Below are positions 37,255 through 46,824 of a stretch of 64,000 nucleotides of DNA, piece by piece. The notes under the pieces are model-generated. The model saw only the letters and a program-made list of their open reading frames with translations, did not search any database and was not told the origin of the DNA. Position numbers and translations under genes: made by a program. Within the stretch, counting starts at the first letter, position 1; every line of letters begins with the position of its first letter. The DNA comes from Candidatus Altiarchaeota archaeon (GTDB lineage: Archaea > Altiarchaeota > Altiarchaeia > IMC4 > QMZM01), in assembly GCA_034659295.1 (NCBI GenBank), contig JAYEGX010000055.1, forward strand, positions 9,726-73,725. Direction: 5' to 3'.

Positions 37255-40164
37255 CTAAAAAACAAAATATATCCAACAATCTTGCAGCCAAGTATCTCCG
37301 ATATTCTTGACCCAGACATACCAACAGCCGTCAGTTACCTGTTCAGGATAATTTATCGGCATAATCTTTACTAAATGTCGTGTCATATAATAATAAACAC
37401 CATCATGAACGCCTTTATATGCCCATGGATCTGCAGCAATGACTTTCTGGATACTGCTATAATCACTCACTGTGGGAGGGCCGATCTCCCAGTTTTGACC
37501 TGCATATTTGGCCATCACGTGCAGGTCGCCATGGCTGTAATGTGATTGCACCGCTGCCACGACTGTCAAAGTCGGATTGCTGGAACCAGAATCTGCCCGA
37601 AACTTAAAAAGTTTTATTTCTCCCGGCCTAAATCTAAAATCTCTGTAAGTGTCGCCCTTTATCAGCGTAATGCCCGGCCTTTCCCCGTCGCCATCACCGT
37701 CACCATCCCCGCCGCCGTCGCATTCGGAGAGTGGGGTTGAACAGGAAATGGATATGTGCCCTAAGATCGTGTCCTCCGGGGAATAGAATGCCGCGTACCA
37801 GAGCGATTTCGGGGTGGGTTTTGTAACCTCCAGCATTATTCCCGTAGAACCTGCACTCACACACCGTATGTATGAATCCTCATAACCTGCCGGTTTAGGG
37901 ATCATCCAGCCCCAAACAGTCGGATTACGGCTGATTTGCTGCCAATTAACGCCGTCGAAGCGTGTGTCGCCGACAGAGTTCATATACTCGATTTCTTCCA
38001 CGGTAGGCGGGCTGCCGCGCTTTAAAACAACACACCGGGCTCCGCCCGAATTCGAGTAAGGAGTTCCTATAATCTGTATAGGATGCCCCTCGTCATTGAT
38101 ACAACAGACGAATTTATAATAAACTGGTGTGCCGCCGTCAACATACACATCACTACCACCCGGAACCGTACCACCATCATGGAAATCACCGTCCACCAAA
38201 GGAATCCCGTCATCAGGAATCACTATATCCCCGTCACCATCGCCGTCACCATCGCCGCTACCGGCCTCAACACACTCTCCTGACATCATATTAACCATAC
38301 AGCCGCCAGCAATTCCACACGGGTTCATCGTACAACTCGCTCCACCGTAATCCCCACAACCAGAGGGAGGACTACCCCCACAACTCACACAGTTATTGTG
38401 TTTATTCACGTAACAGATGCCGGGAACACCGCAGATATTATAGATGCAATCCTGATACCCGGAAGACATGGAATAGCTGCTGCACTCCGTGATCAGAGAG
38501 CAATCAATACATGTTGGTGTTGTTGTCACACCCCCAGGAGAACGAAAAGGAAAATACAATATATTAACAATATTAACCACCAAAGCCATCAGGAGCAGGA
38601 CAATAATCACGTACTTGATGGCCCTCTTCGCCTCGCTTCTTTCGTAGGGCCCAAAAGAGACAATCAAGGCAACAGCATGTACGGCGAAAAACACCGCCGC
38701 CAGAATAATTAAGATAGTGGAGAAGAGACCCAGTAACCCGCCGACATTCTGATAGCCTTCGCATCCGCTGACACAGACCGCAGTACATTGCTCCCTGGCG
38801 CTTTCATCCTCGATGCCAGCACACCAGTCAGAGCAACAGGATTCACAATCCTCCCTGCAGTTCGCATACCCCCCGCATAACTGAGCCCAAATCTCCCTAC
38901 AGGTGGCACAGCACCTCGCCTCAACCCCCCCCTCCGAAGACATACCACCCCTTCCCACAGCCTGCGCAGTAATCTCCCGGCCATGACAGATCCCAGTGCA
39001 CGAGCACTTATATAGGAGGATTTCATCCAGCGGAGATGTTGTCGTAGTCACGAATTCCTCCACAACAACAGTCACAGTATCTCTATCAGTTTTACCTGCA
39101 TCAGAGCCTGAGCCGGTGAAAGTCAAGGATACGATAAATGTTCCCTCAGTGGCGTACTGGTGGCTGGTGCTTTCCCCTGAACCAGAGCTGCCGTCCCCGA
39201 AATCCCACCCGAAGCTGCCTACACCAATAGATTCGCTGGCATCGAAGTAGGCTGTGCCCCCAACACCTATGGTGACTGATTTTTTGTTCACATTTGTTGA
39301 GGTCTCACCCACGTAGGCTATCGCCTTGAAGTCAACGACCTCAACAGTCACAGTATCTATATCATTTTTACCTGCATCATCTCCTTCGCCGGTGAAAGTC
39401 AATGTCACAGTAAAGGTTCCCTCAGCAGGGAAGGTATGTGTTGGAGCGACTTCTGTATTGTCTACCGAACCGTCGCCGTCGAAATCCCACCCAAATCTGC
39501 CTTCACCACGAGAGTCGCTGGCATCGAAGTACACCACATCACCTATGTCAACGGTAACGCTCTTATAGTTAACATCTGATGCCGTCTTACCCACCTTGGC
39601 CACGGCATTAAACTCCGGCTCTTCAGGCTTCACCTCCTCTAAACGACAGTCGCAGTTACAGCCGTTTTCACAGCCGATGCTTACGTGGATGTGGGAGTGA
39701 TATGTTTTAATCCTGCCGCCCCCGCAATAGGCAAGCGCATCCCTTATCTCCTGCAGACATACCCTGTTTTTAAAATCCACTGCATAGGATTTACCTACAC
39801 ACGCCCTACCACCGTAGTGGCATGAATGTTCAACATGAGCGCATGGAGGCCGGCTCCATGAGCCGGGAACACACCTATCCATCCCCGCTGAATCAGAGAC
39901 CGAGCTTATAACCTTCGCCCTCTCAGGGAGGTAGCCCTCCATGCAGTCCAGAAGCGTTACAAGCGCAGGGGACATGTCACTGCATTGAGCGCCTGGGTTG
40001 CGTATATCATACTCACAAAGGATATACCCATGGCATGATGCTCCTGGCTGAGGGGAGCCGCTGCATTGAGCACTTGCAGAGTTGGAGAAAACGAAAAAGG
40101 ATATAATCATTAAACAGCTTATTCCCTTCAGGCCACGCCCAGCTCCCTTAGTTTCTGAATCCAT
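37255..40164 (-). CDS. Large surface protein: signal peptide, N-terminal domain with a peptidase M15 (VanY/Hedgehog-type) zinc motif, two PKD domains, Cys-rich regions, a mid-protein TM hairpin, (GD)n linkers, and a C-terminal beta-rich domain
   Basis: 969 aa. M15-like SCHYGGRACVGKSYAVDF (SxHxxGxAxD) with a downstream YHSHIHVS. PKD repeats ...YFDASDSRGEGRFGWDFDGDG... and ...YFDASESIGVGSFGWDFGDGS.... TM hairpin LLGLFSTILIILAAVFFAVHAVALIVSF / YVIIVLLLMALVVNIVNILYF. Linkers GDGDGDGDGD. Confidence 0.6.
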   Translation of the reverse strand: MDSETKGAGRGLKGISCLMIISFFVFSNSASAQCSGSPQPGASCHGYILCEYDIRNPGAQCSDMSPALVTLLDCMEGYLPERAKVISSVSDSAGMDRCVPGSWSRPPCAHVEHSCHYGGRACVGKSYAVDFKNRVCLQEIRDALAYCGGGRIKTYHSHIHVSIGCENGCNCDCRLEEVKPEEPEFNAVAKVGKTASDVNYKSVTVDIGDVVYFDASDSRGEGRFGWDFDGDGSVDNTEVAPTHTFPAEGTFTVTLTFTGEGDDAGKNDIDTVTVEVVDFKAIAYVGETSTNVNKKSVTIGVGGTAYFDASESIGVGSFGWDFGDGSSGSGESTSHQYATEGTFIVSLTFTGSGSDAGKTDRDTVTVVVEEFVTTTTSPLDEILLYKCSCTGICHGREITAQAVGRGGMSSEGGVEARCCATCREIWAQLCGGYANCREDCESCCSDWCAGIEDESAREQCTAVCVSGCEGYQNVGGLLGLFSTILIILAAVFFAVHAVALIVSFGPYERSEAKRAIKYVIIVLLLMALVVNIVNILYFPFRSPGGVTTTPTCIDCSLITECSSYSMSSGYQDCIYNICGVPGICYVNKHNNCVSCGGSPPSGCGDYGGASCTMNPCGIAGGCMVNMMSGECVEAGSGDGDGDGDGDIVIPDDGIPLVDGDFHDGGTVPGGSDVYVDGGTPVYYKFVCCINDEGHPIQIIGTPYSNSGGARCVVLKRGSPPTVEEIEYMNSVGDTRFDGVNWQQISRNPTVWGWMIPKPAGYEDSYIRCVSAGSTGIMLEVTKPTPKSLWYAAFYSPEDTILGHISISCSTPLSECDGGGDGDGDGDGERPGITLIKGDTYRDFRFRPGEIKLFKFRADSGSSNPTLTVVAAVQSHYSHGDLHVMAKYAGQNWEIGPPTVSDYSSIQKVIAADPWAYKGVHDGVYYYMTRHLVKIMPINYPEQVTDGCWYVWVKNIGDTWLQDCWIYFVF

Positions 40165-40652
40165 AGTTGAGTATCTCCTGGGACTATGAGGACGTCTTTC
40201 TCTTCATTGTTTTCTATGTAGTTAACCCGGATGTATTCCCTGAAAAGCTTGCTCTCTGTTTTCACTTCCTGCACCGAATTAAGCGGTATATCCAGGACCA
40301 CATCAAGCTCCTTGCCGATAATTCTCTTGTTGGTTAAGTACAGGCTCATGTACTTATGGGAGCGCCTCCCCAGCAGGCGACCCCTCTTGGAGGGAAACAA
40401 GACATAACCCTGGTCTATGCTCTCCAGGATTATTGACTCATCCTCGTCGGTTCTGGGGGGAATAACCTCCTTCTCAAAAGACATGAAAATCAGGTAGCTG
40501 CCGAACACCGCCAACAGCATGGCCAGAAAGCCTACCATGAACGGGAAACCAGTCCACAGGTTGTATACCAGAGCCAGAATCAACGCTATAACAAAACCCG
40601 CTATTACGCCCGTATATCCCAGAGCCCTTAAATCAGATTTATCCAATCTCAT
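40128..40652 (-). CDS. Membrane protein: 2 TM helices plus a cytoplasmic PH-like (bPH/YdbS-type) domain
   Basis: 174 aa. Two N-terminal helices, then a domain with a bacterial PH-like pattern (LYLTNKRIIG). Confidence 0.4.
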   Translation of the reverse strand: MRLDKSDLRALGYTGVIAGFVIALILALVYNLWTGFPFMVGFLAMLLAVFGSYLIFMSFEKEVIPPRTDEDESIILESIDQGYVLFPSKRGRLLGRRSHKYMSLYLTNKRIIGKELDVVLDIPLNSVQEVKTESKLFREYIRVNYIENNEEKDVLIVPGDTQLWIQKLRELGVA

Positions 40653-40703
40653 ATTGCCACCCTTATTTATTAGATTATTTAGGTTAAAGGGAAATAAAGG
40701 ATT

Positions 40704-42380
40704 TCACCATATAGGACCCTTCGGGGGGCCAACCGGTTTAGGTGGTGTGATCCTATCCTTCTTGTATGTCTCAAATTCAGCCTCCTCTGCCATGTCAGCA
40801 ACGCCTGAAAGCCACGGGACCTCAAGGGCTGAGAAAGCCACTATCATCATAGCCAGCCAGTCCATCAAGCCCATAGCAAACAAAGGTGCTATAATAATCA
40901 GGAGATAACAGGCCAGACCCATGCCCACCCTGAATGCCTGCTCCCCCACCAACCCGGTGGGCATGTGCACAACAGCTAATGTGATGCCCACAATAATCAA
41001 TGCCTCAATGAATTGGGTGGCAATCCACCAACCTGTCTGGTAGAGCATTTCATTACCCAGCCTCCTGGTTAAATGCAGGGAGTTCAGGAATATGGTGAAC
41101 GGGAAGAGTATCGCCCACAATATGACCATGAAGTACCTTAACACCAGCACGGTTATGGCAAAAAGATAGAAGATTATCTGGAACAGGGCTATGAATAAGC
41201 CAGTGAAGAAGGCGATTGCCATTATGCTCAGGTACTCGTAATTCAGGGAATTAATGCACTCGGTGCACATGAACTTTTTCGCATCCTCAATATCCACTAA
41301 AGTCATTGTGTAGGCAGACAGTATGTGGGTGAAGTCTAAGAGCAGCTGCATTATGGGTATGGTCAGGATGATAAGTCCTATGGAGATAATCATCCTCAGG
41401 AGTGTTGATTTAGCCCGCGCTCTTCCCAGAGGTGAGGCTGACATGAACAATAGATAAAAGACTGTTACAGCAATGCCGAGTATGTAGAAGGGTTCGAGCA
41501 GGTGTATGAAGAAATCCAGTGTGTGGACAACAACCGGCTCGGTAAGGTTAGGTTTAAGCAGGATGAAGTATTCTATGTCATTGCATATGTCTTCCATCTT
41601 GTCCAGGACACCTATTTTTATGCCAAGGTATCCTACAAGCAATCGTCCTGAAATCTTCTTGAACTCACCCCTGAATGATTTAAAAATAGGGGTTTTAACA
41701 CTCCAGTCAGATAGTCTTAATCGAAAACTCTCCATTATACCTGAGTGGTGTATTCCTGCTGTGCTTGCGACGATACTCTGCGCCCAGAACCCTACCTCCT
41801 CGGTCGTGTGGCTTGAGGTCATTACACCCTCAATCCATGTATCGGCTGTGGTGGAGCAGTTCTCGATGTCCAAGCCCTCCCTCTCACCCTTAACAGAGGC
41901 GTAGATGTGGTGGCCGTTGTTCATGGTGAAATCAAAGTATTTGGCGGCTATATCAGAGAGGTTGTCGTTGTCTATGACTCCAGGGGTGTCGGTGTCGAAT
42001 CTACAGCCCCTCCCCTCCACCAGCGGGCTTTCCGTAAGCTCCGTATACCCCACGTCCAGACCCTTCTGGACTACAATCATAGCCCTCTCTTTCGTCTCAG
42101 TGCATACCTCCTCTACGGTGGCTTTAAGGGCATTGCAGGTGCCCCTCTGCATCAGCTCGGCGTTTTCAATGAATCGCACACAGCGACTGTCTATTCTACA
42201 TTCTCTTATGTATTCCCTGTATTCAGATGTCCCTGGTAGAAGCCTGCAGGTGCTTTGCTCCACCCCCGCAAGTTCTTCATTCCCAGGAGACGATTCCCCC
42301 AACTCTAAGGCGCTCACGCTAGCTGAAAAAAATAAGGCGAACAACGCCAGCAACACCATCCCTTTTTTTCCGTAATCCAT
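40704..42380 (-). CDS. Member 6 of the paralogous polytopic membrane family, with a large (~270-aa) extracellular N-terminal domain
   Basis: Likely start MDYGKKGMVLLALFALFFSASVSA (signal). The family core follows: LLEPFYILGIAVTVFYLLFMSASPLGRARAKSTLLRMIISIGLIILTIP...LYQTGWWIATQF. Confidence 0.55.
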   Translation of the reverse strand: MDYGKKGMVLLALFALFFSASVSALELGESSPGNEELAGVEQSTCRLLPGTSEYREYIRECRIDSRCVRFIENAELMQRGTCNALKATVEEVCTETKERAMIVVQKGLDVGYTELTESPLVEGRGCRFDTDTPGVIDNDNLSDIAAKYFDFTMNNGHHIYASVKGEREGLDIENCSTTADTWIEGVMTSSHTTEEVGFWAQSIVASTAGIHHSGIMESFRLRLSDWSVKTPIFKSFRGEFKKISGRLLVGYLGIKIGVLDKMEDICNDIEYFILLKPNLTEPVVVHTLDFFIHLLEPFYILGIAVTVFYLLFMSASPLGRARAKSTLLRMIISIGLIILTIPIMQLLLDFTHILSAYTMTLVDIEDAKKFMCTECINSLNYEYLSIMAIAFFTGLFIALFQIIFYLFAITVLVLRYFMVILWAILFPFTIFLNSLHLTRRLGNEMLYQTGWWIATQFIEALIIVGITLAVVHMPTGLVGEQAFRVGMGLACYLLIIIAPLFAMGLMDWLAMMIVAFSALEVPWLSGVADMAEEAEFETYKKDRITPPKPVGPPKGPIW

Positions 42381-42384
42381 TCTC

Positions 42385-43461
42385 TCAGTAATCCTCTGGT
42401 GGCTTGATGACAACCTCCTCCTCCTCAAAGGGTTTCCTCTCAATTGTTGTTTCACTCACTACCACAGCACCGCTGCTTAGTGGAGCGGCCTGGACTATCT
42501 CGAACATGAAAATCGACAGCCCCATCCAGTTCATAACACCCAGTATCATGAAGGGAACAGCAAACATAAAGATAAGTGATGTAGCGTATATGAACTCCAG
42601 CGGGAGATTAGGTGATATAACAGGGAGAGTCGCTACTGTCACGGAGACAATGATTAATCCCACAGCCCAGCCCAGCTGCAAAAAAATCCAGATGATAGTC
42701 TGCTCGAACATCATCTTCCCCGCGTTTCTGGTTAAGTCCCATGAATAAAAGAATATGGTTACCGGCAGGAGAACAGCCATCAACCCCGCCATGATGTATC
42801 GTATGAACAGTATCAGATACAGGGCCATTAATAGCACAGTATCCAGGAGGAATATCTCTATACCACCATACCTGTGTATGAGGGTTATTTTCACGAAGGT
42901 ATCAAAGAGATCCTGAGCAGCCGCCCGGAGCGAACCCAAGGCTATTGTTATATCAGCAAGGTTCATAATCTGAGATGTCAGGCTCCCGGAAACATAATAA
43001 AGCAACTCGACGAGTAAAGGGGATACAGATATGAGAACCAACCCGATAATCAGCTTACCAAACCATTTCTTAGCCCTTGCCCTGTTCAGCGGAGACTGTG
43101 AGACAAAGATTATATAGAACCCCGTTAACATTATGGCCGCAATATAAAAGGGCTGCATCAGGTTAATGAAGAAACCCATGAAATGCTTTATGCTCCACAT
43201 AGGTGGGTTGGCTTTTATCAGGGAGGGCATATTATCGAATACCGATAAATAAAAGTAATGGATAAGGTTAGCCGAGTATATAATAATCCCCTTCCTGGCC
43301 ATTTTCGCTGCTTCACTGGTTAACATATTGAGAACTCCGCTTAATCCTATCGAGTAACCAGTGTATCCTTTGGTTTTAGCAGCGGAGACTGGGGGGATAG
43401 AGGCTAACACTAAAAGGAGTAATACAACACCTACCACCAGATTTTTTGTTCTTGTTTTCAT
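42385..43461 (-). CDS. Paralogous polytopic membrane protein (family member 5), with a VirB6/TrbL-like topology
   Basis: Signal peptide plus 6 or more TM helices. Family motif LMQPFYIAAIMLTGFYIIFVSQSPLNRARAKKWFGKLIIGLVLISVSP...MFEQTIIWIFLQL. Confidence 0.55.
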   Translation of the reverse strand: MKTRTKNLVVGVVLLLLVLASIPPVSAAKTKGYTGYSIGLSGVLNMLTSEAAKMARKGIIIYSANLIHYFYLSVFDNMPSLIKANPPMWSIKHFMGFFINLMQPFYIAAIMLTGFYIIFVSQSPLNRARAKKWFGKLIIGLVLISVSPLLVELLYYVSGSLTSQIMNLADITIALGSLRAAAQDLFDTFVKITLIHRYGGIEIFLLDTVLLMALYLILFIRYIMAGLMAVLLPVTIFFYSWDLTRNAGKMMFEQTIIWIFLQLGWAVGLIIVSVTVATLPVISPNLPLEFIYATSLIFMFAVPFMILGVMNWMGLSIFMFEIVQAAPLSSGAVVVSETTIERKPFEEEEVVIKPPEDY

Positions 43462-44684
43462 GGTAAAAAGTCACGAAGGTGCTGTGCCCATATCAGGGGG
43501 AATATTATCAGCATCGCGTATATTGTAGCCCCAAGCACGAAATCCACGATATTGACTGTTGCAGGCATGGCCTCATAGAAGTCATGAAGCATGATTTCTG
43601 CCCCGGCAACCCCCACCACAGACCCTATTGCTCCACCGAGGAGTAAACCCCACCAATTAAGAACCTTTCCCGTCTGCAGCCCAATCTCCGCCGTAGATGG
43701 GCCTATAGCCAACACACTCATGAGGTCATACATGCCCCGGAGGTTTGTGAACGATATCTCGGCGTTCAAGACAACATGCTCTTCTATTGTGGTGCCGATA
43801 CCGACAAATACAACAATGATTAAGGCAATGAAGACCTGGAGGAATATCCACACAATCAACTGCTCCAGCAGTTTCTTGCCTATGCCCTTAAACCATGGGA
43901 GGCTGTAGAACAAAACCCCCAGGGGGAATAATACCATTAAGAGCGTGATAAGTATGTGCCTCAAACCCAGCACTATGTACGGGATGAAGGACATAGCAAA
44001 AAGCAGGGTGAGATAAGGGAGTCCAAGATCCGTATACGGTACCGCCGTCAAGGCATAAACCCAGAACAGGTTTTCGACTGCACCTCCCAGAGCAGCCTTT
44101 ACCTCCTCACCGCTTACCAGACTGAAAACAGACTCAGTCATCTCCTCAGACAACCCCAATAGCAGGTTTATTAGGGGTATGGATAGGGAGATAACAACCA
44201 TCGAAACCAGCAACCTGAGCAGGATATCCTTTGCCTTAGACCTTGATGAGGGCGATACGGGCATGAAGAGCAGATAGAATCCCACAGTTAATATAACCAG
44301 CACATAAACTGGTTGCAGTATCCTTATGAAAAACGCTATGAGCTCAAATATTAAGGCGTCGTGTGGTGAGGGATTGGACACTACCGCCACATGATAGTTG
44401 TTGGGGAATGACATGGCATACTTGGGCATGAATCCTCCATGGATTATTTTAACAACAAGAATCATTCTAAGAAAGTACCCCATGCCTTCACTCAAGAAAG
44501 TGCCGGTTTCTATTAATCCCTCGCTTTTCCAAAAGCTTTTTATATTACCCCATTCCCTTGATAAAAAGCCCTGTGAGAAAACGTTCGTGGAGAAGACTAT
44601 GATTAACAACAGAACCAATACTACCTGGTAATTCCTTTCCCATTCAATTTTCATTTTTTTTATGGTAAAAAGTTTCTGAACCAT
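43458..44684 (-). CDS. Paralogous polytopic membrane protein (family member 4)
   Basis: ILQPVYVLVILTVGFYLLFMPVSPSSRSKAKDILLRLLVSMVVISLSIP...LLEQLIVWIFLQVF. Confidence 0.55.
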   Translation of the reverse strand: MVQKLFTIKKMKIEWERNYQVVLVLLLIIVFSTNVFSQGFLSREWGNIKSFWKSEGLIETGTFLSEGMGYFLRMILVVKIIHGGFMPKYAMSFPNNYHVAVVSNPSPHDALIFELIAFFIRILQPVYVLVILTVGFYLLFMPVSPSSRSKAKDILLRLLVSMVVISLSIPLINLLLGLSEEMTESVFSLVSGEEVKAALGGAVENLFWVYALTAVPYTDLGLPYLTLLFAMSFIPYIVLGLRHILITLLMVLFPLGVLFYSLPWFKGIGKKLLEQLIVWIFLQVFIALIIVVFVGIGTTIEEHVVLNAEISFTNLRGMYDLMSVLAIGPSTAEIGLQTGKVLNWWGLLLGGAIGSVVGVAGAEIMLHDFYEAMPATVNIVDFVLGATIYAMLIIFPLIWAQHLRDFLP

Positions 44685-45622
44685 ATGAGCATCAACGCTG
44701 GAGTAAGCACGAGACTGAACACACCAACCAACAAAATCAAATCAAACCCGAAATTCCATAAAAATCCCGCAACCGAAAACTGTATATACATAAATCCCGG
44801 CTCTTTGGATATCATTGCTATTGCAGCAACAGCAACTACCACAGCATTAAATATCTGCAGGGAAGACCAGAGTATTGTCTGCTCCAACATGTTCCTGCCT
44901 ATGTTCTTGGTGAAATCGAAGGAGTACAGGAATATGGATAACGGGAGGAGTATAATCCACAAGAGAACAGCCAGATACCTTAATATAAGCATCAGATACG
45001 TCCCCCAGACAAGAAAGAAAAGAGGTAGGAAGGCGTAATACCCCAGCTCTACATTTATGAGACAAGACCACATATGCAGCTTTTTTAAACCCTCTATCAC
45101 CTTATTCAGGGTGTATGTGTAGTATGCGATATCAGCCTGTCCCAGAACAGATGAGGTGATGTTCTCTGTCATATAAAGGGTTATGGTCATTATTTGAGGA
45201 GCTAGTGATATCAAAGCCAGTGAAATAAACAGCTTCACCAGCATGGATTTCGCTTTATTCCTTCCTGAGGGGGTTGACGAAACAAGTATAAGATAAAACC
45301 CTGTTATCGATATGGCAAGCACATAGAAGGGTTGTAGAAGCGAAACAAAAAATCTTATTAAATCCAGCACTATAGGATCCTGGGGTGAGGGATTCATCAA
45401 AATAAAATCCCCCAGGTTGGCTGATAGCGCATCAAGCCCCCGGGTAGCATAGCTGGAAGCGACCCAGTAGTAAAACCATCTCTTTGCTAGATACGCAATA
45501 GTCATAGCTGAACCTTTGGCAGTTGCCTTCCCTGGTACATCTTTTGCACAAACAAAAACAACGATAGAGGATATTATCAATAACGCTGCTATGACCAGGA
45601 TGTATTTTCTCTCTTTTTTCAT
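44660..45622 (-). CDS. Paralogous polytopic membrane protein (family member 3)
   Basis: LLQPFYVLAISITGFYLILVSSTPSGRNKAKSMLVKLFISLALISLAP...MLEQTILWSSLQIF. Confidence 0.55.
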   Translation of the reverse strand: MKKERKYILVIAALLIISSIVVFVCAKDVPGKATAKGSAMTIAYLAKRWFYYWVASSYATRGLDALSANLGDFILMNPSPQDPIVLDLIRFFVSLLQPFYVLAISITGFYLILVSSTPSGRNKAKSMLVKLFISLALISLAPQIMTITLYMTENITSSVLGQADIAYYTYTLNKVIEGLKKLHMWSCLINVELGYYAFLPLFFLVWGTYLMLILRYLAVLLWIILLPLSIFLYSFDFTKNIGRNMLEQTILWSSLQIFNAVVVAVAAIAMISKEPGFMYIQFSVAGFLWNFGFDLILLVGVFSLVLTPALMLIWFRNFLP

Positions 45623-45624
45623 GG

Positions 45625-46824
45625 TTACGGAGGTAATAGTTTCTGGAAAAAGGTGAACATTAATATAGGCCCCAAGAGCAACATGAACATACTAGTCCAG
45701 GTGAATATGCTAATGAAGAAGGGCTCTCCCGGGATATCTAATGCATCCATAGCACCTCCTATGAGGGGTATATCGCTCTTATGGATTCCTATACCGTATG
45801 ATTCATACATGCTGGTTGGGACGATTGATATTCCCACAGCGATTACAACAACCGTGATGCCATAGAAAACCTGCAGGCTGCTCCATAAAAGAGTCTGCTC
45901 CAACATAGTCTTCCCGAATCCCCGGGTGAACTCAAAAGATGAGAAAAAGATGGTGAAAGGCAACAGGAGACCCCACAAAAAAACCATAAAGTATCTGAGG
46001 GTTAACATACCATGTATTCCTATAAGTATAAGCATCAACAACAACACGAAGGGTGTGGTCCACACAATCTCAATCTCCACCAGCTCGATTGCATGCAAAG
46101 TTTTATGTAGTTGCTTAAGGTTTTTACTGGATTTTAGGTTACCAAAAAATCCGGTTAACGTGCCAACACCACCATAAAAAGCATTGGGGGCGTTTGCCAA
46201 CATAACCAGGTTCCTTATGACACATATCATCGAGGAAAACTCTGATGCTGCTATCGAAACATAAGCCTTAGGGTTTAACTCATCCCCTATAATCTCACCG
46301 GTAGAGTTCTCCGTCAACGATAAAAGCACCCCCACCAGCTCTGAAGAGAATGAAACCAGAACCATGCTAATAATAAGCTTAGCCAGCAACGACTTAGCCC
46401 TAGCCCGACCCAGAGGGGAGCCGGGTATGAATATTATATAAAACCCGGCCATTATTATAGCCAGTATATACACAGGATAAAGCAAACCCACGAAATACCT
46501 GAGAAGGTTAAGAGCTGCCGGGTTCTTGAGGTCGGGATTCAACAAGATGTATTTAGCTAGATTATTCTCTATGTCTTCTGCGATATTAGTCATCGAAGAC
46601 CATACCAAACGCATGTAAAGCACCCTCTGAGCTAGAGCAATATTTTCACCACTAGTAAAAAGGCCGAGAACTCCTTTCGCCAGAGGGTTTTGCTCTACCT
46701 TGCCGAAAATGTTAGTGGGGTGTATAAGAGAACTCTTCCCAGAAGAAACTGCAAACGGTATGATATTCAGGACTAATACTGAAACAATCAAGACCGCAAG
46801 CAGTTTATTCCCCCCTGAATCCAT
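45625..46824 (-). CDS. Paralogous polytopic membrane protein (family member 2)
   Basis: LLYPVYILAIIMAGFYIIFIPGSPLGRARAKSLLAKLIISMVLVSFSS...MLEQTLLWSSLQVF. Confidence 0.55.
   Translation of the reverse strand: MDSGGNKLLAVLIVSVLVLNIIPFAVSSGKSSLIHPTNIFGKVEQNPLAKGVLGLFTSGENIALAQRVLYMRLVWSSMTNIAEDIENNLAKYILLNPDLKNPAALNLLRYFVGLLYPVYILAIIMAGFYIIFIPGSPLGRARAKSLLAKLIISMVLVSFSSELVGVLLSLTENSTGEIIGDELNPKAYVSIAASEFSSMICVIRNLVMLANAPNAFYGGVGTLTGFFGNLKSSKNLKQLHKTLHAIELVEIEIVWTTPFVLLLMLILIGIHGMLTLRYFMVFLWGLLLPFTIFFSSFEFTRGFGKTMLEQTLLWSSLQVFYGITVVVIAVGISIVPTSMYESYGIGIHKSDIPLIGGAMDALDIPGEPFFISIFTWTSMFMLLLGPILMFTFFQKLLPP

Noticed and set aside
37680-38260. Short tandem nucleotide repeats (ccgtcaccatcgccgtcaccatcgcc...) that could be mistaken for a CRISPR-like or microsatellite array
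   Set aside because: They are in-frame (GD)n linker codons inside the 969-aa gene. No spacer structure, so not CRISPR.
41506-42375. Several 110-156-aa plus-strand ORFs
   Set aside because: Antisense to the paralogous membrane-protein genes, whose conservation across five or six copies establishes the minus strand as coding.
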